Assembly: GCF_000284455.1 (NCBI RefSeq)
Contig: NC_017039.1
Span: 3,330,001-3,362,000 of the forward strand
Reading direction: 5' to 3'
DNA length: 32,000 bases
Origin: Synechocystis sp. PCC 6803 substr. PCC-P
GTDB lineage: Bacteria > Cyanobacteriota > Cyanobacteriia > Cyanobacteriales > Microcystaceae
Below the pieces are notes generated by a model that did no database searches, was not told the DNA's origin, and was given only the letters and a program-made list of their open reading frames with translations. The position numbers and the translations under genes are program-made. Positions 26,690 to 32,000 of the stretch are shown here, in pieces (position 1 is the stretch's first letter; each line of letters opens with the position of its first letter).

Positions 26690-27266
26690 CTGGACAGCAA
26701 TGGGAGACCCCAAAGGGCCCCTCAGCCTGGGGGCGGTGGTTAATTTTACCAGTTAGCCTAGGCAGTGGTTCGTTCGCCTTTAACCGCTTCATGGGGGCGA
26801 TCGCCAAATTTGGGGAGGGAGACGAAATTAACCTGAGCGATTTTGCTTGTAACTATTCTTCACATTATCGCTCACCGAAAACCCAGATTAACCATTTTTC
26901 TGCACCATGGCCAACAAAATTGCCCAGCCTGATGGTACTACTGAGAACGAAGGAAGATGGGGCGAACTACCCAACGCTGACCGGTGGCAGAGTGTGGTCT
27001 TCTGACCCCATCGGTCATTCTTGAGATGGATATTGTGTGGTGCAGTATCCCAAGGTTTAGGAAAGAAAGGGCTAGCTAAAGGGAAGCTGAAAATGCATCA
27101 CAGCCAAACACAGGAGTTGGAGGCCAAACCCTACAGTTGCCCCAGTGTGAGTCAATATCTACCGCTACGGCAATCGCCAGAGCTAGGGGAGTATTAAATA
27201 ATACAAATGCAGGAAGAATCAGAAAATTTCTTTTAAGATTGGAAAAAATACCCTTGACTAAATAGT

Positions 27267-27379
27267 GCTCTAAGAGCCTGTTTAACAAGCCCCCCTGGCC
27301 CCCAAATTTGGGGTGAAGCTGGGTGAAAGTACCCCATTATTGGGGGATTTAGGGGGCGGAATAAAACTTTCCAAACACG
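27267..27379. repeat. MITE-like palindromic dispersed repeat, copy B
   Basis: gctctaagagcctgtttaacaagcccccctggcccccaaatttgggg...ccccattattgggggatttagggggcggaataaaactttccaaacacg matches the reverse complement of copy A (10349-10459). It lies 25 nt upstream of the ddh start. Confidence 0.7.
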
Positions 27380-27404
27380 TTCTAAACTACTTCCCATAAT
27401 CGTC

Positions 27405-28406
27405 ATGAAAATCGCTTTTTTTAGCAGTAAAGCCTATGATCGTCAATTTTTCCAACAAGCAAACCACCCCCATCAACGGGAAATGGTCTTTTTTGATGCC
27501 CAACTCAACCTTGATACCGCTATTTTAGCGGAGGATTGCCCCGTTATTTGCCTCTTCGTTAATGACCAAGCTCCTGCCCCGGTGCTAGAAAAGTTAGCTG
27601 CCCAGGGCACAAAATTAATCGCTCTGCGCAGTGCGGGCTATAATAATGTTGACCTCAAAACAGCCGCAGATCTGGGGCTAAAAGTAGTCCATGTACCATC
27701 CTATTCTCCCCATGCAGTCGCAGAACATACTGTGGGGTTAATTCTGGCTCTAAATAGAAAGTTATATCGAGCCTATAACCGCGTTAGGGACGATAATTTT
27801 TCCCTAGAAGGGTTACTTGGTTTTGATCTCCATGGCACCACCGTCGGAGTGATTGGTACTGGCAAAATTGGTCTAGCTTTTGCTCAAATTATGAATGGTT
27901 TTGGCTGCCATTTATTGGGCTACGATGCCTTTCCTAACGATAAATTTACTGCCATTGGCCAAGCCCTCTATGTATCTTTAAATGAACTTTTAGCTCATTC
28001 TGATATTATTTCTCTCCACTGTCCCCTACTGCCGGAAACCCATTATCTAATTAACACTAATACCATTGCCCAAATGAAGCCAGGGGTTATGTTAATCAAC
28101 ACAAGTCGAGGTCATTTAATTGATACCCAAGCGGTTATTCAGGGGATTAAATCCCATAAAATTGGCTTTTTAGGCATTGATGTTTACGAAGAAGAGGAAG
28201 AGCTATTTTTTACTGACCATTCTGATACTATCATTCAAGATGATACCTTTCAATTGCTACAATCTTTTCCCAATGTAATGATCACAGCTCATCAGGGATT
28301 CTTTACCCACAACGCTCTGCAAACCATTGCCGCAACGACACTGGCAAATATTGCTGAATTTGAGCAGAATAAACCTTTAACTTACCAAGTAATCTGTCCC
28401 CATTAA
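27405..28406 (+). CDS. ddh: D-isomer-specific 2-hydroxyacid dehydrogenase (D-lactate dehydrogenase-like)
   Basis: 333-aa ORF. The NAD motif is GVIGTGKIG. The catalytic R/E/H pattern is NTSRG...D..E...H at TAHQGF. The overall layout is LdhA-like. Confidence 0.88.
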   Translation: MKIAFFSSKAYDRQFFQQANHPHQREMVFFDAQLNLDTAILAEDCPVICLFVNDQAPAPVLEKLAAQGTKLIALRSAGYNNVDLKTAADLGLKVVHVPSYSPHAVAEHTVGLILALNRKLYRAYNRVRDDNFSLEGLLGFDLHGTTVGVIGTGKIGLAFAQIMNGFGCHLLGYDAFPNDKFTAIGQALYVSLNELLAHSDIISLHCPLLPETHYLINTNTIAQMKPGVMLINTSRGHLIDTQAVIQGIKSHKIGFLGIDVYEEEEELFFTDHSDTIIQDDTFQLLQSFPNVMITAHQGFFTHNALQTIAATTLANIAEFEQNKPLTYQVICPH

Positions 28407-28558
28407 GGTTAGAAAATATCAATGTTAACTAAAGATAACGTTAAATTTTTTAGCCTTTTATTACCAGATATTTTTCCTAAAAATGAAGCAACGATAGTAT
28501 TAACGGCACTACCTTGGTGATCGATAGTACGATAAATCGTAGCTGTTACTAGGTTTTA

Positions 28559-29713
28559 CTAACCGGCGACTTCTGCCTTTTGTTGTCGCATCAACTTGAC
28601 GAACTTCTCGAACAGATAATCGGCATCATGGGGTCCAGGGCTGGCCTCCGGGTGGTACTGCACCGAGAAAAAGGGCAATTCTTTATGGCGTAGCCCCGCC
28701 ACCGTTTTATCGTTGAGGTTGAAATGGGTAATTTCCACTTCTTCGGCCAGGGAACCTTCCGTCACCGCAAAACCATGGTTCTGGCTGGTAATTTCCACCT
28801 GTTGCTCCAGGCCACAGGGTTGATTGAGCCCTCGATGACCAAATTTGAGCTTAAAGGTCTCCGCTCCCAGGGATAACCCCAACACTTGATGCCCCATGCA
28901 AATGCCAAACATGGGCTTTTTAGCCGCCAATAACTCTTTGGTGGTGACAATACCTTCTTCAACAGCGGAGGGATCACCAGGGCCATTGGAAAGGAAAATG
29001 CCATCGGGGTTGTACTGGAGAATTTCAGCAGCGGAGGTGCTAGCAGGTACCACAATCACACGACAACCGTAACTAGCTAAGCGACGCAGGATATTACGCT
29101 TAACGCCAAAGTCCAGCGCCACCACGGTGAGGGGCGGTTGTCCCTGTTGTTCTGCCACTGGCCCAAACTGCCAATGGTCATTGGTGGAATCAGTCCATTC
29201 GTAAACTTCATGGGTGGTCACTTCCTTAACCAAATTTAACCCGGCCATGGAAGGAGCTGCTTGGATGTGGTGCAACAGGGCTTCCGGTTCCAAGATTTCC
29301 GTAGAGATGCCGCCGTTCATGGCACCGATGGAACGCAACTTGCGAGTCAGGGCCCTAGTGTCGATGCCGTAAATGCCGATGATTTTATGTTCTACCAAAT
29401 AGTCCGGTAGGGATTGGGTCGATCGCCAATTGCTGGGGCGGCGGGTGATGTTGCGGGCCACTACCCCCTTTACATGGGGATGGATAGATTCCTCGTCCTC
29501 TGCATTGACTCCGGTGTTGCCCAACTCAGGATAGGTAAACGTGACAATTTGGCCGCAATAACTGGGGTCGGTCATCACTTCCTGGTAGCCGGTCATACCC
29601 GTGTTGAATACCACCTCTCCCACTGTGGTACCATCGGCCCCGAAGGACCAACCGGGATAAGGGGTGCCATCCGCAAGGACAAGAAGGGCCGGTTTCGCCG
29701 CAGCAATTGGCAT
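28559..29713 (-). CDS. carA: Carbamoyl-phosphate synthase small (glutamine amidotransferase) subunit
   Basis: CarA blocks are present: [27 protein letters not shown]. The GATase triad region is FGICMGHQ ... [13 protein letters not shown] chose the start [12 protein letters not shown] at 29713 (384 aa). The longest ORF adds 40 non-conserved-looking codons, to 29833. Confidence 0.93.
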   Translation of the reverse strand: MPIAAAKPALLVLADGTPYPGWSFGADGTTVGEVVFNTGMTGYQEVMTDPSYCGQIVTFTYPELGNTGVNAEDEESIHPHVKGVVARNITRRPSNWRSTQSLPDYLVEHKIIGIYGIDTRALTRKLRSIGAMNGGISTEILEPEALLHHIQAAPSMAGLNLVKEVTTHEVYEWTDSTNDHWQFGPVAEQQGQPPLTVVALDFGVKRNILRRLASYGCRVIVVPASTSAAEILQYNPDGIFLSNGPGDPSAVEEGIVTTKELLAAKKPMFGICMGHQVLGLSLGAETFKLKFGHRGLNQPCGLEQQVEITSQNHGFAVTEGSLAEEVEITHFNLNDKTVAGLRHKELPFFSVQYHPEASPGPHDADYLFEKFVKLMRQQKAEVAG

Positions 29714-29883
29714 AATGATATATTGCAAGGTAGCTGGAATAGGACCATTCGGCCGTAGTGGGAAAAAGTTAAGTCCTTGGAGTCTTATCCAAGGCTGTGC
29801 TCCTTTGCCCGGCCGCCGCCGAATCAACCACATATTAGCAGATTCGCCCCTGTCGTCTGTTCCACTAATGTCAAATTGTCCTG

Positions 29884-30993
29884 ATGGTTACTGCCATGAG
29901 TCCTGCTAAGCTGACCGACACCGATAAACAAGAGTTGGTGGACCTCTACCGGCAAACCCCCGCCACCACCACCACCCTGGCGGAACGTTTTGGGGTGAGC
30001 ATTTCCACCGTCAGTCGTCTCTTAAAAACGGCGATCGCCAGTGGGGAATATGAAACCTTAGTGCAGGAAAAAAGGGGCAGTAAGGGAATTAAAAATGATG
30101 CCCAGTTGACGTTGCCGTTGCCCAAGCCATCTAGGAAAAAGTTGGAAGTGGCAGAAACCAATCTCCCTGGGGATGCCGTGGCGGAGGTGGCCCCTGTTGC
30201 TGGGCCGAATCATCAAGACAGAGAGACTAATGAAACTAATGCTAGTGGCCAGGGCAGAAGGGTGCGTTCCCGTCGTCGAGTCACCGCCAGCCCCGTTGCC
30301 CCAGAGCCTGGGGAGTTTACCGATGCGGAAAAAACCATTGATCCGCCGGCGATCGCCATCCCCTCCCTAGCCCAGCCCGATCCAACAGGATTTGGTGATA
30401 TCCCAACCACCATGTCAGTGGCAAAAACTGAAGTACCGCCCGATGCCCCCATGGGGCGACGCCCCCAGATTGTTTCAATTAAATCTTCCGCCCTAGATGA
30501 AATTGTCAAGGACATAGACGAGGACTTGGGTTTACTGGATGGCGAAGATATCGATGACCTTGACGACGAAGACGATGATGATGAGTTTGAAGATGAATTA
30601 GACGATTTCGACGAAGACCAAGGGGAAGAGGATTATATTCCCACCCCAGTGGCCACCAAACAAACCCTAGCAAACACCGCAGAGCTAGTTTCAATTTTGC
30701 CCCTAATAGAAGCTTCTATGCCCAAAAACTGCTACCTAGTGGTGGACAGAAGGGGGGAATTGATTGTCCGTCCCCTGAAGGAATTTAGTCTTGATGGGGC
30801 CTTACCCCCCGAAGAAGTCCAGGCAAAAACCCTACCTGTTTTTGATAACCATCGGGTGGCCCGGCGCTTTTCCCTCAAAACCCAAAAGGTAATTCGTCTG
30901 CCCGACGCTAGCATTGTCCAAAAAACCGCCCAGGCACTCAAATCCAAGGGGATTACCAGGGTGTTCCTCGGCGGCCAGGTTTATTCCCTTTAA
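29884..30993 (+). CDS. Hypothetical protein: N-terminal helix-turn-helix, Pro/Ala-rich linker, poly-acidic tract, conserved-looking C-terminal domain
   Basis: 369-aa ORF. The HTH-like segment is [22 protein letters not shown] run ([33 protein letters not shown]) lies at about nt 30540-30640. It is divergent from carA. Confidence 0.55.
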   Translation: MVTAMSPAKLTDTDKQELVDLYRQTPATTTTLAERFGVSISTVSRLLKTAIASGEYETLVQEKRGSKGIKNDAQLTLPLPKPSRKKLEVAETNLPGDAVAEVAPVAGPNHQDRETNETNASGQGRRVRSRRRVTASPVAPEPGEFTDAEKTIDPPAIAIPSLAQPDPTGFGDIPTTMSVAKTEVPPDAPMGRRPQIVSIKSSALDEIVKDIDEDLGLLDGEDIDDLDDEDDDDEFEDELDDFDEDQGEEDYIPTPVATKQTLANTAELVSILPLIEASMPKNCYLVVDRRGELIVRPLKEFSLDGALPPEEVQAKTLPVFDNHRVARRFSLKTQKVIRLPDASIVQKTAQALKSKGITRVFLGGQVYSL

Positions 30994-31092
30994 CTAAGCC
31001 GTTGAAGTTAAAACTTTCGACCTACTGCTAACAGCGTTGACAGCTTGATTGCTACAGGCGTTTGGCCCAAAGGACTAGGCAACCCCCAAACA

Positions 31093-32000
31093 TCAGGAAA
31101 AATGTTGGTAGGACTCCTCCTGGGCGTCACTAATAAAATTCAAGACCTGGGCTTGGTAGTAACGTAATTTCTCATCTACCCAATGGCGGTCTTCACTGTT
31201 GGCATAGATGTGGACCAGGGGCTCCCCCGCATCGGGCAAAATCAATACCCAGTTGTCTCCATGGGGAAAAGTCATTTTAACCCCGTCTACCAGTTCAATA
31301 TGTTGATCCCGATGAATTTCCACCAAATGGCGCATCAGGGCCCCTTTAATTTTCCAAGAACAACGGACACTACAACTGTTATGGTAAACCGTCGGCAATT
31401 CTGAGCGAATTTCCCCCAGGGTGCGTTTTTGGACAGTCAGCATTTCCATTACTTTGGCAATGCAAAACATGGCATCAAAGCCTGGGTGGAGGCGAGGAAA
31501 AATAAAGCCAGTTTCTCCACTACCGCCCAAAACCACGTTATGGCTCGATTGGGCGGCGGCCATCAATGCAGTGGGGTTAGCCTTGGTTCTCAAAACTTTA
31601 CCCCCATGGCGACGGGCCAAATGCTCCACCGCACTGGAAGCCTGTACTGGCACCACAATGGTTCCCCTGGGAGAAGCAGTTAACACCATATGCACCATCA
31701 AAGCTGTTAGCAGTTCCCCCCGGATGGGTAGGCCCCCTTCGTCCACCAGGGTGAGTTGTTCGCCATTAGCGGAAACCTGCACCCCCAAATTGGCCTGTAG
31801 GGCCGATACCACTTGTCCCAATTGACTAAGTAAGACTTCTTTTTCTTCATTGGAAACGGCGGTTTGTCGTAGACTGGCATTGAGCACCACTGCGTCGCAG
31901 CCGAATTTGGTCAACAGTAGGGGCAGAATGGCCCCAGACACTCCATAGGCGTAGTCAATAACAATTTTGGCCCCATCGTTGTTGATGATGTCCATGTCTA
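31093..32000 (-). CDS. C-terminal phosphohexomutase-like (PMM/PGM) domains of a larger protein; 5' part outside window
   Basis: The ORF is open to the window edge. It shows alpha-D-phosphohexomutase domain II-IV-like blocks (VIDYAYGVSG, GGSGETGFIFP, LVDGVKM...W.LILPD). I recall this as the C-terminal half of the Synechocystis 'mannose-1-phosphate guanylyltransferase' fusion protein. Confidence 0.75.
   Translation of the reverse strand, partial: DMDIINNDGAKIVIDYAYGVSGAILPLLLTKFGCDAVVLNASLRQTAVSNEEKEVLLSQLGQVVSALQANLGVQVSANGEQLTLVDEGGLPIRGELLTALMVHMVLTASPRGTIVVPVQASSAVEHLARRHGGKVLRTKANPTALMAAAQSSHNVVLGGSGETGFIFPRLHPGFDAMFCIAKVMEMLTVQKRTLGEIRSELPTVYHNSCSVRCSWKIKGALMRHLVEIHRDQHIELVDGVKMTFPHGDNWVLILPDAGEPLVHIYANSEDRHWVDEKLRYYQAQVLNFISDAQEESYQHFS

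Noticed and set aside
26849-26862. NtcA-like site GTAactattctTCA upstream of glsF.
   Set aside because: The second half-site is TCA rather than TAC (the consensus is GTA-N8-TAC), and I could not pair it with a properly spaced -10 box.
26907-27005. 32-codon ORF MANKIAQPDGTTENEGRWGELPNADRWQSVVF, faintly reminiscent of the region preceding the TM helix of Hlip/Scp proteins (AE.WNGR).
   Set aside because: No transmembrane helix follows, there is no RBS, and the resemblance covers only 4-5 residues. It was recorded but is not credible without conservation data.
26791-27024. 77-aa plus-strand ORF in the glsF-ddh intergenic region.
   Set aside because: It has no recognisable motif and no convincing RBS, and it lies in the probable glsF leader or promoter region. 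It cannot be supported from sequence alone.
27076-27288. 70-aa minus-strand ORF with a hydrophobic segment.
   Set aside because: Its only start is a TTG located inside MITE-like copy B, and there is no internal ATG. It is most likely a chance ORF.
1-32000. CRISPR arrays, rRNA genes, intact IS elements or transposases, integrases and prophage genes.
   Set aside because: None was seen. There are no regularly spaced direct repeats, no rRNA-like sequence, and no ORF with transposase or integrase motifs.

Overview
The window is a cyanobacterial chromosomal segment. It has many HIP1 palindromes (GCGATCGC). The gene order is lysC - prlC - proC / GH100 invertase / speA / nadA - ccdA / acnB / glsF / ddh / carA, which I recall from Synechocystis sp. 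PCC 6803. That assignment is from memory and was not searched. About 80% of the window is ordinary housekeeping: amino-acid, polyamine, NAD, TCA and nitrogen assimilation genes, plus one tRNA-Leu(CAG). The interesting parts are small accessory inserts between the core genes. (1) A lone TIR-domain protein (3074-4069) sits between lysC and prlC, and its 3' end abuts the relic C-terminus of a HigA antitoxin. (2) A roughly 2.9 kb stretch lies between acnB and glsF. It carries a membrane-anchored unknown protein, a decayed DUF2442-like ORF, and a strongly AT-rich two-gene overlapping operon (20509-21559). The second protein of that operon has a canonical R-N-x3-H HEPN-type motif. The stretch ends in a truncated YqjG-type glutathione transferase pseudogene. 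I consider the HEPN-like pair and the TIR protein the best candidates for uncharacterised defence or toxin systems. (3) A RelE/ParE-type toxin-antitoxin (TA) cassette (15768-16380) lies just downstream of a decayed duplicate of the acnB 5' end. (4) A PIN toxin / RHH antitoxin pair has a toxin 5' end that runs into one of two copies of a ~110 bp palindromic MITE-like repeat. No rRNA, CRISPR array or intact IS element was seen. All family assignments come from motif recognition by eye. No searches were run.
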